Assembly (NCBI GenBank): GCA_023247255.1 | Contig: JAHFGV010000009.1 | Coordinates: forward strand, 2,773-66,772 | DNA: 64,000 nucleotides | Direction of reading: 5' to 3' | Origin: Candidatus Omnitrophota bacterium | Lineage (GTDB): Bacteria > Omnitrophota > Gorgyraeia > Aquiviventales > Aquiviventaceae | Part shown: positions 49,584 through 59,869 of the stretch, one piece after another | Numbering within the stretch: position 1 is the first letter of the stretch | How the letters are laid out: every line of letters begins with the position of its first letter | Notes under the pieces: model-generated | The model's database searches: none | The model's input: the letters and a program-made list of their open reading frames with translations, nothing else | Told to the model about the DNA's origin: nothing | Program-made: the position numbers and the translations under genes

Positions 49584-50651
49584 ATGGCATCTGCAGGTGC
49601 TGAGAAGTCCTTAAGGTTGACGGATGTAGTTGAGGAAAAACGATGGCTGCGTTTACAGGATTGCTTTGCAAATGTCTTGGGAATGCTAGTGCGTACTGTC
49701 AGCGCCTCCCGGGATCTTTTGGTTGAGCCGAGTTGGGGTTCATTAAGACAGCCGACCGAGTCACTCATCGATGGGCTTCGTATCGGCGATGAGCTTGAAA
49801 GTCTTTTACCTTTCCAGAATCCTCCGAAGACAGTTTCCATCCTTACCGTTCCGCTTGGATTGACCTACGCCTTAGTTCCCATCCATCTGCGCACGGGTGT
49901 CGAAAGGCTCGTGGCCTACTTCATCATCGGGCCAGCGATTGTGGGAGTTCGTGAAAACGAATCACAATTTTGCAAGCGAGCAGAGGCACTGGGATTGAAT
50001 GCGGATCGGATATGGCCGCTTTTGCTTTTCCTGAGGTCCTATACCCATAGCGGTTTCCGTCAGGCCATTGAGTTGTTGGATGAAGTAGGATCTTCCCTGA
50101 TCGAATTCGCTTATCAACTGCACCCATCCCATCTAGCATTGGCTTCTAGTACCCTAGCCGTTGAGGCAAGGCATGTGACTCGACGGGATCGACTGCTAAA
50201 GGTGCTTCTGGATGCAGCCGTCAAGTGTACCGGCGCCGACGGTGGCTCCGTGATGCTTTATACCCCTGCGGGTGACCGCTTGACAATCGCCGCAGCGGTT
50301 GGCTTAAGCGATCAGGTGGTGGCTCAAACGTGCTCCAGACGGGGGGAAGGAATCGCAGGTGTCGTAGCCAGAGAATGTTCGATTCGTATTATTGATAAAA
50401 CTCACGCACAGGAGCGCTTCAAAAGTCTGATGCAGCGTCCTGAGCTTGTGTCTTCTCTGGTAGCCAGCCTGATTCCTGAAGCAAACCAGGAACCGATTGG
50501 GGTATTAAACCTTCGAACCAGCCGTCTCGAGTCGCGTTTTACGCAAGATCATGTAGAGCTTTTGCGTCGGTTACTCGATCTAGCCAGCACGGCCCTGAGT
50601 AGTCTTTCCCCGCTTTCCTCCAGCAAGGCTAATCCCTGTGCTCAAAGCTGA
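49584..50651 (+). CDS. PocR-like plus GAF domain protein
   Basis: LQDCFANVLG...VPI...IIGP; GSVML...GEGIAG...IGVLNL...FTQDH. Confidence 0.7.
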   Translation: MASAGAEKSLRLTDVVEEKRWLRLQDCFANVLGMLVRTVSASRDLLVEPSWGSLRQPTESLIDGLRIGDELESLLPFQNPPKTVSILTVPLGLTYALVPIHLRTGVERLVAYFIIGPAIVGVRENESQFCKRAEALGLNADRIWPLLLFLRSYTHSGFRQAIELLDEVGSSLIEFAYQLHPSHLALASSTLAVEARHVTRRDRLLKVLLDAAVKCTGADGGSVMLYTPAGDRLTIAAAVGLSDQVVAQTCSRRGEGIAGVVARECSIRIIDKTHAQERFKSLMQRPELVSSLVASLIPEANQEPIGVLNLRTSRLESRFTQDHVELLRRLLDLASTALSSLSPLSSSKANPCAQS

Positions 50652-50783
50652 CGATATGGGGCACGGGAACTGATAAGAAATCCTCGTAAGGAATTTTCGA
50701 TTGCTGATTTACCATTCACGGACAGAAGCAAAGCGTCAGGAATATCGGGTGGGTGTGCGGCTTGCAGATAATTTTAGGAGTGA

Positions 50784-52190
50784 TTAGAAACGTTGTTTAC
50801 GCAGATAGGCGGGGAGGATTTTAAGGCTGGTACGATACTTGGCAATCGTTCTACGGGCGACACGGATGTGGCGCTCTGCCAGTTTCTTGACCAAAGCTTC
50901 GTCGCTGAGCGGATGTCGGGCATCTTCATCACCGACCAGACGTTGCATCTGGGCTTTAATGGTTGTTTCTGACACGTGTTCATCCGAGTGATTCTGTGGA
51001 ACGTAACTCGGAAACCACTCCTCCAGACGCAAAACCCCCCAAGGGCTGGAGATACTCTTATCCGCGATCGCCCGGCTCACCGTGGAGGGATGGCGACCGA
51101 TGAGTTTGGCCACCTGAGCTTGGGTGAGGGGTTTCAGGGCTTGCGGCCCTTGATCGAGGAAGTCCCGCTGAAGACTTAACAAGCAACGCCCAATGGATAG
51201 TAAAGTAGTCTGGCGCTCGTCAATCGCGCGAATCACCCACTGCGCCTGGCGGAATTTAGTGGCTAAAAATTCCTTAGCCTCCGATGGGGTATGTGGGTCG
51301 CGGAGCATTTTCTGGTAAGCTCGGTTGAGCCAGAGGCTTGGCATTCGCTCGTCGTTGAGTTCCACGTCATAGTAGTTTTCTCGTCGGATGATGATTAGGT
51401 CGGGTACCAGGCAGGCCGATGATATTGGGTGTGCGAAGTAACTGCCTGGTTTAGGGTTCAATTGTTTTATCTGCTCCAGGGCAGAGGCTACCTGTGAAAT
51501 GGGAACCCGCATAGCCTTGGCTAAGGCGCTGACACGTTGTTGCACCACAAGCGGGAAATGGTCCCGGAGCATTCGGTAAGAGAGACTGTCTTGCGCATGA
51601 CGGTGCTGGAGCTGAATCATGAGACATTCCTGGAGGTTTCTTGATCCCACTCCCGCAGGATCCAATCCTTGAATCGTTTGCAGAATGCCTTCGAGCTGCT
51701 GGGCCTCCACGTGCAGTTCCTGAGTAAGCTGTGTCAGTTCGACTTCCAGATACCCGCTTTCATTCAGGTGATAGACGAGCGCTTCTGCAAGGCTATAGTC
51801 ATGCGCGGATAGTTTTTGGCAACCCAACTGCTTCATCAACCACGCATGAAGCGATTCCCCTGTCCAATGGTAGCGCTCGATACTTTGGAAATCCGCTTGG
51901 CTACTCGACGATAATTCCTGCCTTTCTGAGGGATCTTCCCACTCTTGGTCCCTATCATCTGGCCCATCCGGACTGTCGCTGTGCGTCATTTGGGCATTTT
52001 CAGGGGAATCCCTAGAATCACGTTCCTCCGCCGGTTCATAGACTTCTAGTAGAGGATTTTCTTGCGCCTGTTGTTGCAGAAAAGTCTGGAGTTCCATGAT
52101 TGGCATGCGCAGGACTTCAAGCGCTAAAGCAAGGTGAGGTGCCAGTTGCAATTGCTGTTGTGTCGTTTGTGTGGTTTGTAGTCCAGTCAT
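50784..52190 (-). CDS. rpoN: RNA polymerase sigma-54 factor
   Basis: ENPLLE, DPAGVG, HPSTVSRA, RpoN box ARRTIAKYR. Confidence 0.97.
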   Translation of the reverse strand: MTGLQTTQTTQQQLQLAPHLALALEVLRMPIMELQTFLQQQAQENPLLEVYEPAEERDSRDSPENAQMTHSDSPDGPDDRDQEWEDPSERQELSSSSQADFQSIERYHWTGESLHAWLMKQLGCQKLSAHDYSLAEALVYHLNESGYLEVELTQLTQELHVEAQQLEGILQTIQGLDPAGVGSRNLQECLMIQLQHRHAQDSLSYRMLRDHFPLVVQQRVSALAKAMRVPISQVASALEQIKQLNPKPGSYFAHPISSACLVPDLIIIRRENYYDVELNDERMPSLWLNRAYQKMLRDPHTPSEAKEFLATKFRQAQWVIRAIDERQTTLLSIGRCLLSLQRDFLDQGPQALKPLTQAQVAKLIGRHPSTVSRAIADKSISSPWGVLRLEEWFPSYVPQNHSDEHVSETTIKAQMQRLVGDEDARHPLSDEALVKKLAERHIRVARRTIAKYRTSLKILPAYLRKQRF

Positions 52191-52255
52191 TTTGCGAGAA
52201 TCCAGTTAAAGGGTGCAAAGGGATAACGGACGGATGTGGAGAAAAGAATAAGCAT

Positions 52256-52271
52256 AGCATGTTTGATGCCA
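52256..52271 (-). promoter_or_regulatory. sigma54 site upstream of rpoN
   Basis: Minus strand TGGCATC-AAAC-ATGCT. Confidence 0.55.
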
Positions 52272-52314
52272 ACTGGCAACAAAAAATCCGATTCAAAATA
52301 ATCGTTATTAGACC

Positions 52315-52380
52315 TTGACAGCGAGGGTGAGTTAAGGGTATAGTTTTGCCACTATTGTGGCAGGAAGTGGAAGGAAGTGG
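52315..52380 (+). promoter_or_regulatory. dcw promoter and MraZ operator
   Basis: TTGACA-18 nt-TATAGT; GTGG at 52357, 52367 and 52377 (10-bp period). Confidence 0.8.
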
Positions 52381-52421
52381 TTTCCCACTTCAGAGGAAGT
52401 GGGGGAGGTTAGTGTTGTGTC

Positions 52422-52859
52422 ATGTTTTATGGAGAGTACGCACACACCATTGATCGCAAGGGCCGCATCATTGTGCCGGCCAAGTTTCGGCAAGTGCTGA
52501 AAGAGCAGCAGATTCATTCCTTGTTCATCACGCGTGGCTTGGATGGATGTCTTTTTCTGTTTCCGGAAGCAGAATGGCGCATCGCTGAGAATCGATTCAA
52601 GCAGATCCCTTTTACCAAAGGGGAAGGGCGCAAGTTTACCCGGCTTCTGTTTTCCGGTGCGATGGAGGTGACCATCGATTCCCTCGGGCGGCTCCATGTG
52701 CCCAAGACCCTGAAGGAGTTTGCCGGGATCAAACAAGATGTGGTGGTCGTCGGAGTTTCCAACCGAATGGAAGTTTGGTCGAAAGAGAATTGGCAGGTGT
52801 TTTACGAAAGCTCGCGACAGAGCTTTGAAGAAGTCGCTGAGCGCGTGATGGTGGAGTAA
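52422..52859 (+). CDS. mraZ: Transcriptional regulator MraZ
   Basis: MFYGEY..TIDRKGRI, IDSLGRLHVP. Confidence 0.96.
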   Translation: MFYGEYAHTIDRKGRIIVPAKFRQVLKEQQIHSLFITRGLDGCLFLFPEAEWRIAENRFKQIPFTKGEGRKFTRLLFSGAMEVTIDSLGRLHVPKTLKEFAGIKQDVVVVGVSNRMEVWSKENWQVFYESSRQSFEEVAERVMVE

Positions 52860-52921
52860 TCAGAAATCAGAACTCAGGGTGTGGTAGTTCTCAACCCCGG
52901 ATGTTTCTTGTCTGTAGTTTT

Positions 52922-53818
52922 ATGATAGCGGCGGTGCATCAACCGGTGATGGCAAAGGAAGTTCTCCACTTCCTGAACCCGGCTGCCACGTCTGTGATCG
53001 TAGATGCCACCGTCGGAACGGCGGGACACAGCTTGCAGCTGGTGCCTCAGTTGATCCCCAACGGCAAGCTGATTGCCATCGATCGCGATTGTCAAGCGCT
53101 CGAGGTAGCCCAGCAACGACTCGGTGAATTTCAGTCAGTTGTTACGATGGTGCACGGTGACTTCCGACAGTTATCTGAGATTCTTAAGCAGCAAGGCCTC
53201 TCGCAAGTCGATGGGATACTCTTCGATTTAGGCATGTCCAGTTTTCAATTGGACTGCGCCGAGCGAGGATTCAGTTTTTTAAAGGAAGGCCCACTCGATA
53301 TGCGGATGGATTCCAAACAGTCCACTACCGCCGCCGCATTGATCCATAAGCTGTCTGCCGCAGAACTCCACCTGATCTTAAGGACGTTTGGGGAGGAACG
53401 TTTCGCCAGACGCATCGTATCGCGGATCATCCAAGAGCGCGGACAGAATCCCATCGAGACGACTACTCAATTAGCACAGTTGATCAGCCGCGCGGTTCCC
53501 AAAAGCGCACGGTACCAACGGCTGCATCCTGCGACAAGGACGTTTCAGGCTCTGCGCATGGCCGTGAATGACGAAGGCGCCGCTCTGCAAGCGGTGCTGG
53601 AGTGTATTCCGTCTTTGCTGCGCCCGAAAGGAAGATTGGTCGTGATTAGTTTTCATTCGATTGAAGACCGGATGGTAAAGCGGGCTCTCGTCCATGGGAT
53701 CCATGCCGGTTGGTGGACGCCCTTGACGAAAAAGCCCGTGCGGCCCTCTGCCGAAGAAGTGACGAGTAATCCTCGTGCGCGCTCAGCAAAGCTGCGAGCC
53801 GCACAGCGTTGTGCATAG
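52922..53818 (+). CDS. rsmH: 16S rRNA m4C1402 methyltransferase
   Basis: HQPVM, DLGMSSFQLD, LDMRMD, NPRARSAKLR. Confidence 0.96.
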   Translation: MIAAVHQPVMAKEVLHFLNPAATSVIVDATVGTAGHSLQLVPQLIPNGKLIAIDRDCQALEVAQQRLGEFQSVVTMVHGDFRQLSEILKQQGLSQVDGILFDLGMSSFQLDCAERGFSFLKEGPLDMRMDSKQSTTAAALIHKLSAAELHLILRTFGEERFARRIVSRIIQERGQNPIETTTQLAQLISRAVPKSARYQRLHPATRTFQALRMAVNDEGAALQAVLECIPSLLRPKGRLVVISFHSIEDRMVKRALVHGIHAGWWTPLTKKPVRPSAEEVTSNPRARSAKLRAAQRCA

Positions 53819-53827
53819 GAGGAAGCC

Positions 53828-54130
53828 GTGTCGGTGTATCGCTGGTTGGTTTTGATTGGCATTGTGGTGATCGTGGGGTGCTTACAGGTCGCTCAGCGAA
53901 CCGCTGTGTTCCTGAAAGGCTACGGTTTAGGCGAACGGTCAAATCAGATTCATGCTCAGGAAACCGAGGTGTTGTGGTTGAAGGCACAAACCATTTCCTT
54001 GGTTTCGCCCAGGCGATTATTAGATGAGGCTGGGCGGTTGGCCTCACACAAACAACGAGGATCGATCGCTTCCCCCCAGGGTTTACGCGTAGTATCGATA
54101 CGCGGTCGCGGTGATGGCACGAACGACTAA
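53828..54130 (+). CDS. ftsL: FtsL-like cell division protein
   Basis: Position between rsmH and ftsI; TM helix, short coiled coil, SPRRL. Confidence 0.6.
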   Translation: MSVYRWLVLIGIVVIVGCLQVAQRTAVFLKGYGLGERSNQIHAQETEVLWLKAQTISLVSPRRLLDEAGRLASHKQRGSIASPQGLRVVSIRGRGDGTND

Positions 54131-55844
54131 CGAACGGATCCTCAACATATGGCTGGTGAGTCTGGGGCTGCTGATGGGGTTGTGGATGCGCTGCTTCTGG
54201 ATTCAAGGGGTGGCTTCGCGTCGATACACAGCCGTGTTGAGCGCTCAACATCGCTTGCGCACTGTTCTGCCTGCTCAGCGGGGGACGATTTACGATCGTT
54301 CCGGAAGGCCCCTGGCCTTGAGTGTGCTTGCCCCTTCGGTGTTTGCCAACGCACGTCAGATTGTTGCCAAGCGTCAGACAGCTGAGCGGTTGGCTGCGAT
54401 TGTGCCCCGGGATGTTACAAGGATCCAGCGGCGACTGGAACGCGACAAGGGTTTTGTCTGGATTGCCCGTCAACTGGAGCCGGAAGTGGCCAGTCAGGTT
54501 TTAGATTTGAAGATGGTTGGTTTGGGCATGATGGAAGAGCCGAAACGACGCTATCCACACGGCCATCTGGCTGGACATGTTGTTGGGGTCGTGAATATTG
54601 ATGGGCGCGGGCTGGAAGGACTGGAGATGACCTTCAACAGTTTGCTCCACGGTCAGAATGGATGGCGCTCCACGCTACGAGATGCGAAAGGAAACATCCT
54701 GATAGGTCCATGGACCGCACAAAGTCCTCCGGTAAATGGGCTGGACATTGTATTAACCATTGACAGTGTGGTGCAACAATTGACCGAAGAAGCCCTGGCA
54801 TGGGGGGTGAAAACCTACCACGCCAAAGGCGGATCGGTTGTAGTGATGGATCCGTATACCGGCGCTATCTTCGCCATGGCCAACTGGCCGGTTTATGATC
54901 CGAACGAACCCGGCCGTTCTCTAGCCGAGCATCGACGCAATCGAGCGGTGACTGATCTGTTCGAGCCAGGGAGTATTTTCAAGATTGTTTCGGCAGCGGC
55001 CTTACTGGAAGAAGGCAAAGTCAGTCCAGAAGAAAACGTTTTCTGTGAGCAAGGGACGTACCGAACCGTGGCAGGGCATATTCTTCACGATCACAAACCG
55101 CATGGCATGCTCTCCTTCCATGATGTGATCAAATTCTCCTCCAATATCGGCGTGGCCAAGATGGCTCAGCGTCTTAGCCCAGAGGAACTCTACCGGTATA
55201 TCCGGATGTTTGGCTTTGGGCAGAAGACGGCGATAGATGTGCCCGGAGAGGTCAACGGAATCATCCAACCGCCCACTCGATGGTCAAAACTTTCTCCATT
55301 CATTATTCCCATCGGACAGGAAATCGCAGCCACGCCGATTCAACTGGCGGTCATGACTGCCGTCGTGGCCAATGGAGGGATGCGTGTGCGGCCGTATGTT
55401 GTGGAGCGTATTCAAAGTTCCGATGGCTCGGTGATACGTGTTCCATCCACGGAGCCTCCGGTACGTATTATCCGAGAGTCAACCGCCAAGATTTTGCAGG
55501 GAATGTTGTCCAGCGTCGTAGAGTCGGGCACCGGTCAACTGGCGAGCGTCGACGGCCTCCAAGTTGCCGGTAAAACCGGGACGGCTCAAAAACTTGAGCC
55601 GACCGGCAGCTACTCCCACAGCCGTTTCTTCGCTTCGTTTGTTGGCTTTGGGCCGGTGCCTGACTCTCGATTTGTAATCGTGGTTTCTATCGATGAACCC
55701 CGGCCACTCTATTTTGGAGGAGTGGTGGCAGCGCCGATCTTCAAGCGGATCGTGAACCCGTTAGCCGACTACTGGGACCTGCGGCAGGTTCCATCGGCTC
55801 CCACATTGACGCAACAATCTGATCCTGTCACACGAAAGACATAA
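54114..55844 (+). CDS. ftsI: Class B penicillin-binding protein
   Basis: RGTIYDR, EPGSIFK, SSN, KTGTAQ. Confidence 0.93.
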   Translation: MARTTNERILNIWLVSLGLLMGLWMRCFWIQGVASRRYTAVLSAQHRLRTVLPAQRGTIYDRSGRPLALSVLAPSVFANARQIVAKRQTAERLAAIVPRDVTRIQRRLERDKGFVWIARQLEPEVASQVLDLKMVGLGMMEEPKRRYPHGHLAGHVVGVVNIDGRGLEGLEMTFNSLLHGQNGWRSTLRDAKGNILIGPWTAQSPPVNGLDIVLTIDSVVQQLTEEALAWGVKTYHAKGGSVVVMDPYTGAIFAMANWPVYDPNEPGRSLAEHRRNRAVTDLFEPGSIFKIVSAAALLEEGKVSPEENVFCEQGTYRTVAGHILHDHKPHGMLSFHDVIKFSSNIGVAKMAQRLSPEELYRYIRMFGFGQKTAIDVPGEVNGIIQPPTRWSKLSPFIIPIGQEIAATPIQLAVMTAVVANGGMRVRPYVVERIQSSDGSVIRVPSTEPPVRIIRESTAKILQGMLSSVVESGTGQLASVDGLQVAGKTGTAQKLEPTGSYSHSRFFASFVGFGPVPDSRFVIVVSIDEPRPLYFGGVVAAPIFKRIVNPLADYWDLRQVPSAPTLTQQSDPVTRKT

Positions 55845-55860
55845 CACGCGGATTTTCCTA

Positions 55861-57369
55861 ATGACGACGATGATGACCCTTCGAGAGTTGTTGTACGGCC
55901 TGACGGCGGAATCCATCGCCCCGGTGTCGATTACAGGGATCTGTTGCCATTCGAAGCAGGTGCGTCCGGGAGATTTGTTTATCGCCATTCGAGGGCCAAG
56001 AAGCGACGGACACGCTTTTATTGAAGAAGCCATTGCGCGAGGAGCCGCGGCTATCTTGGCGCAGTCTTTGCCGGCGATCTATCGATCGAGTGCAAGGATC
56101 GTTCCCCAACTGCGTGCCTGTCCTTGCGTCGTGGTTGCGGATACGCACAAAGCCCTATCGGTGATTGCTGCCCGGTTCTTTAGGCATCCGTCCCGCAAGC
56201 TGCGATTGGTGGGTGTCACCGGGACAAATGGTAAGACGACCACGACCTATCTGCTTAAAGCCATACTGGAATCTGCCGGGGCCCATGTGGGGTTGCTGGG
56301 GACAATCGTGTATCAAATCGGAGAACGCATGGTTCCTTCGACGAACACGACCCCGGGGCCGTTGGAGTTGCAGCGCTACATTGCGCAGATGGCATCCGAG
56401 GGGCTGGAGTGGTGCGTGATGGAAGTATCATCGCATGGCCTGGCGCAAGGGCGAATCGATGGTCTGGAGTTTGAGGCGGGAATCTTCACCAACCTAGGTT
56501 CGGATCATCTGGATTACCACAAGACCATCGAGGCCTACGCAGCAGCCAAACGGAGGCTCTTCGACTATTTAAGGCCTCATGGCCACGCCGTGGTCAATGG
56601 GGATGATTCCTATGGCCGTATCCTGGCACAGACGATTCCGCATGCGGTGATTACTTATGGTATGCAGCGTCCCGCAAGAGTCATGGCGCGCGAGATTTTT
56701 TGTTCATGGGAAGGGACCCGGCTTTTGTTGGAAAGTCCCTGGGCGGTCATTCCGATCACCACGCCGCTTTTGGGAAGACACAACGTGATGAATATCGCTG
56801 CTGCCGTCACCACCTTGCTGGCTCTGGGAATCGCCCCCGCAGCCATTCAGGATGCTTTGGCTTCCTTCGATCAAGTGCCGGGACGCTTTGAGCGTGTGTC
56901 GAACGATACAGGCGTCCATGTCGTGATCGATTACGCCCATACCGCAGAGGCCATGCGTCTGGTTCTTCTGTCGTTGCGGGAACTGACTCGTGGACGCTTG
57001 ATTGTCGTGTTTGGATGTGGCGGCGATCGCGATCAGGCTAAACGTCCGATGATGGGGAAGATCGCAAGCCTGTTGGCCGATGCGGTGGTCCTGACGTCCG
57101 ACAACCCTCGGGGTGAAGATCCGCTTGAGATCATCCGTCAGATTCGTTCAGGATTTGTTCCTGGTTTTTCTAATTTCCACGAAGTCTCGGATCGCGAGCA
57201 GGCCATTGCCACAGCCTTGGCGATGGCCCGGTCGAACGATACGGTATTGATTGCAGGCAAGGGGCATGAATCTTTTCAAATCTTTCACCATGTCTCGGTG
57301 CCCTTTCTGGATCGGGAAGTTGCTGAACGATGGGCTTGGTCTCGGCACAGCGTGGTTCTTTCCTCATGA
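55861..57369 (+). CDS. murE: UDP-MurNAc-tripeptide ligase (meso-DAP type)
   Basis: GTNGKTT, MEVSSH, DYAHT, DNPR, AGKGHE. Confidence 0.96.
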   Translation: MTTMMTLRELLYGLTAESIAPVSITGICCHSKQVRPGDLFIAIRGPRSDGHAFIEEAIARGAAAILAQSLPAIYRSSARIVPQLRACPCVVVADTHKALSVIAARFFRHPSRKLRLVGVTGTNGKTTTTYLLKAILESAGAHVGLLGTIVYQIGERMVPSTNTTPGPLELQRYIAQMASEGLEWCVMEVSSHGLAQGRIDGLEFEAGIFTNLGSDHLDYHKTIEAYAAAKRRLFDYLRPHGHAVVNGDDSYGRILAQTIPHAVITYGMQRPARVMAREIFCSWEGTRLLLESPWAVIPITTPLLGRHNVMNIAAAVTTLLALGIAPAAIQDALASFDQVPGRFERVSNDTGVHVVIDYAHTAEAMRLVLLSLRELTRGRLIVVFGCGGDRDQAKRPMMGKIASLLADAVVLTSDNPRGEDPLEIIRQIRSGFVPGFSNFHEVSDREQAIATALAMARSNDTVLIAGKGHESFQIFHHVSVPFLDREVAERWAWSRHSVVLSS

Positions 57370-57380
57370 GACCGACAGGA

Positions 57381-57460
57381 CATTGTGAATGGGGGATTGT
57401 AGATCTCGGATTTCGGATTGAAAGACGCAATCGATTTGCAATCGAGAATTCGAATCCGCG
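57381..57460. repeat. Degenerate inverted (GATTKYG)n arrays
   Basis: GATTGTA GATCTCG GATTTCG GATTG ... CAATCGA ... CGAATCCGC in the murE-murF gap; similar units at 63725-63753. Confidence 0.6.
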
Positions 57461-57486
57461 GTATCGTCGGTTTTGAAACGGGATCG

Positions 57487-58893
57487 ATGATGTGGACGGT
57501 GACGCAGCTTCTTGAAGCGACTCAGGGAGAGCTGATACAGGGCGGCTGCAATGATTCCATTGCCGGTATCGCGATCGATTCCCGACGCCTCGTCGCCGGG
57601 GAAGCCTTCGTGGCGATTCAGGGCCGCCGCTTGGATGGGCATGATTTTATCAAAGAGGCCGTCCAACAAGGGGCTTCTTGCCTTCTGGTTTCCGAGAGCT
57701 CGGTGTTGCAGAAGCATTCGTTGAACGGTATGCCGGCCATCCGGGTTGCCGACACGACTCAAGCATTGGGCGAATTAGCCCGGTATCATCGTCGGCGAAT
57801 TGGATTGTCCGTAGTGGCGGTGACCGGTTCTTGTGGAAAGACAACGACGAAAGATCTCATTGCGCATCTGTTAGGGGCGTTTGGTTCTGTGCTTAAGACC
57901 GAAGGCAATCAAAACAACCACATCGGAGTTCCACTGAGTTTGCTGCGGATCAGGCCGGATCATCAAGTGGCGGTGGTGGAGGTGGGAAGCAATCATCCGG
58001 GGGAGATCGCGTACTTGGCTTCTATCGTGCAGCCGGACGTCGCGGTGATCACCAATATCGGGCCAGCGCACCTTGAGTTTTTCGGATCATTGACAGAAGT
58101 GCTTCGAGAGAAGCTTTCCCTTTTAGAGGCTTTGCAGCCAGAGGGAACGGCTGTGATTCCTGGGGATCAGTTGGAAGTATGCCTGGAAGCATCGCGGCGA
58201 CTTCACCCGAGGGTTCGATTCGCCAGTTTCGGGACCAGTGATCGTTGCGACCTTCAGGCGATGGATATTCAACGGACCGCGGATGGGATGAGCTTGCATC
58301 TGAGGGATCATCTCGGTCAGTGGACGATTCCGTTGGTGGGTTACCACAATGTGGAGAACGCTTTGGCGGCCTTAGCCTGTGTGTGGGCTTTGGGATTTTC
58401 TTTGTCATCGGCAAAAGAAACCTTGAGGTCTTTTAGCAGCCTCCCGCTTCGTTCACAAGTCTTAAGGGGTAATGGCTTGACCATCCTCAATGACTGTTAC
58501 AACGCCAATCCGCTTTCATGCGCCCGGGCGCTGGAAACGCTCAAGGACATGCCTGTTCACCGACGATTGGCGATTCTGGGCGATATGCTGGAACTGGGGG
58601 ATTATGCTCCCTTGGCGCATCAGGCGATTGGACGGCTGGCTGCTCAAACCGGAGTGGAAATGGTGATGGCAGTCGGACAATATGCGGATTGCGTGGCTCG
58701 TGGGGTTGAGGAAGCGCAATCCAGTTGTGTGATGACCTATCGGACAGTGCAAGAGCTGATGGTAAACCTTCGAGACATTGTGCAGCCCGGGGATGGTGTT
58801 TTGGTGAAGGGATCTCGGCGACTCAACCTGGAACAAGTCACGGAATTTTTACTCCACCGTCGCGACCATGAGGATGGGACTGCTGCTGTCTGA
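57487..58893 (+). CDS. murF: UDP-MurNAc-pentapeptide ligase
   Basis: TGSCGKTTTK, NNHIGVP, DCYNANP, GDMLELG, VKGSR. Confidence 0.96.
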   Translation: MMWTVTQLLEATQGELIQGGCNDSIAGIAIDSRRLVAGEAFVAIQGRRLDGHDFIKEAVQQGASCLLVSESSVLQKHSLNGMPAIRVADTTQALGELARYHRRRIGLSVVAVTGSCGKTTTKDLIAHLLGAFGSVLKTEGNQNNHIGVPLSLLRIRPDHQVAVVEVGSNHPGEIAYLASIVQPDVAVITNIGPAHLEFFGSLTEVLREKLSLLEALQPEGTAVIPGDQLEVCLEASRRLHPRVRFASFGTSDRCDLQAMDIQRTADGMSLHLRDHLGQWTIPLVGYHNVENALAALACVWALGFSLSSAKETLRSFSSLPLRSQVLRGNGLTILNDCYNANPLSCARALETLKDMPVHRRLAILGDMLELGDYAPLAHQAIGRLAAQTGVEMVMAVGQYADCVARGVEEAQSSCVMTYRTVQELMVNLRDIVQPGDGVLVKGSRRLNLEQVTEFLLHRRDHEDGTAAV

Positions 58894-59869
58894 GGCGGCG
58901 GTCGTTTTTTTGATCAGCGCCAGCTTATGTATGTTAGTCGGACGTGTGGCCGTTAGGCTACTCAGTCGCACTCAGTGCATGCAACCGGATCGGTACGAAG
59001 ATTGCGCCCCCCTGCTCGCCTACCAACAGACCAAGCCCCGAGTTCCAACTATGGGAGGGGTGTTTGTTTTGGGTGTGGGCATTCTGGTGGCCATCACCGC
59101 TGGAGCCTTAGAGCATTCCAGTGGTTGGGGGATATTAGGGTCCATCCTTGGTCTGGCCGCAGTTGGGTTTTGGGATGATTGGCTGAAATGTCGTTCCCGG
59201 AAAGGTACTGGCCTAGGCGCATTTCCTAAGCTCCTGATCGCTTTGGGCATTGGAGGGTTTTTAGCAGTCGCGATGGGTTCGGGTCGTGTTGTTCAAGGGG
59301 GCTTCAGCAAGCTGGAGATCCCTGTGATTAATCAGAGTATAGAATTGGGATGGCTGTCTATTCCCTTTGCCATGTGCGTGATGGCGGGCTGTGCGCATGC
59401 CGTAAACCTTACCGATGGGATGGATGGTTTGGCCGCCGGCTGCATGGCTATCGCTTTCTCGGCATTTGGACTGTTGCTCCTGCGCGATCCTTCTCAGGGT
59501 CCAGCGATGGTGTTTTGGTGTGTCAGTCTAGCAGGAGCGTGCGTAGGGTTTTTGTGGTTCAACGGGTTTCCTGGGTCTGTTTTTCTTGGAGATGTTGGGG
59601 CCCTCGGGCTGGGGGCAGCTCTGGCGGCGCTTAGCCTGTTGAGCCACAAGGCTCTGTGGTTGCTTGTGATTGGAGGCGTGTTTGTTCTAGAGGCGCTATC
59701 GGTGATGCTGCAGGTGGCGTCGTACAAATGGCGCGGTAAGCGACGGATCTTTCGAGTCGCTCCCTTACATCACCATTTTCATTTGGGTGGCTTGAGCGAG
59801 CCCAAGGTGGTCATGCGTTTCTGGATCATGGGGCTGCTTTTGGCGGCGGCGGGTTTGGTGGTGGGATGA
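58868..59869 (+). CDS. mraY: Phospho-MurNAc-pentapeptide transferase
   Basis: PTMGG, DD, NLTDGMDGLA, FLGDVG, APLHHHF. Confidence 0.96.
   Translation: MRMGLLLSEAAVVFLISASLCMLVGRVAVRLLSRTQCMQPDRYEDCAPLLAYQQTKPRVPTMGGVFVLGVGILVAITAGALEHSSGWGILGSILGLAAVGFWDDWLKCRSRKGTGLGAFPKLLIALGIGGFLAVAMGSGRVVQGGFSKLEIPVINQSIELGWLSIPFAMCVMAGCAHAVNLTDGMDGLAAGCMAIAFSAFGLLLLRDPSQGPAMVFWCVSLAGACVGFLWFNGFPGSVFLGDVGALGLGAALAALSLLSHKALWLLVIGGVFVLEALSVMLQVASYKWRGKRRIFRVAPLHHHFHLGGLSEPKVVMRFWIMGLLLAAAGLVVG

Noticed and set aside
53646-54473. 275-aa minus-strand ORF and other shadow ORFs
   Set aside because: Antisense to well-supported genes, with no recognisable motifs
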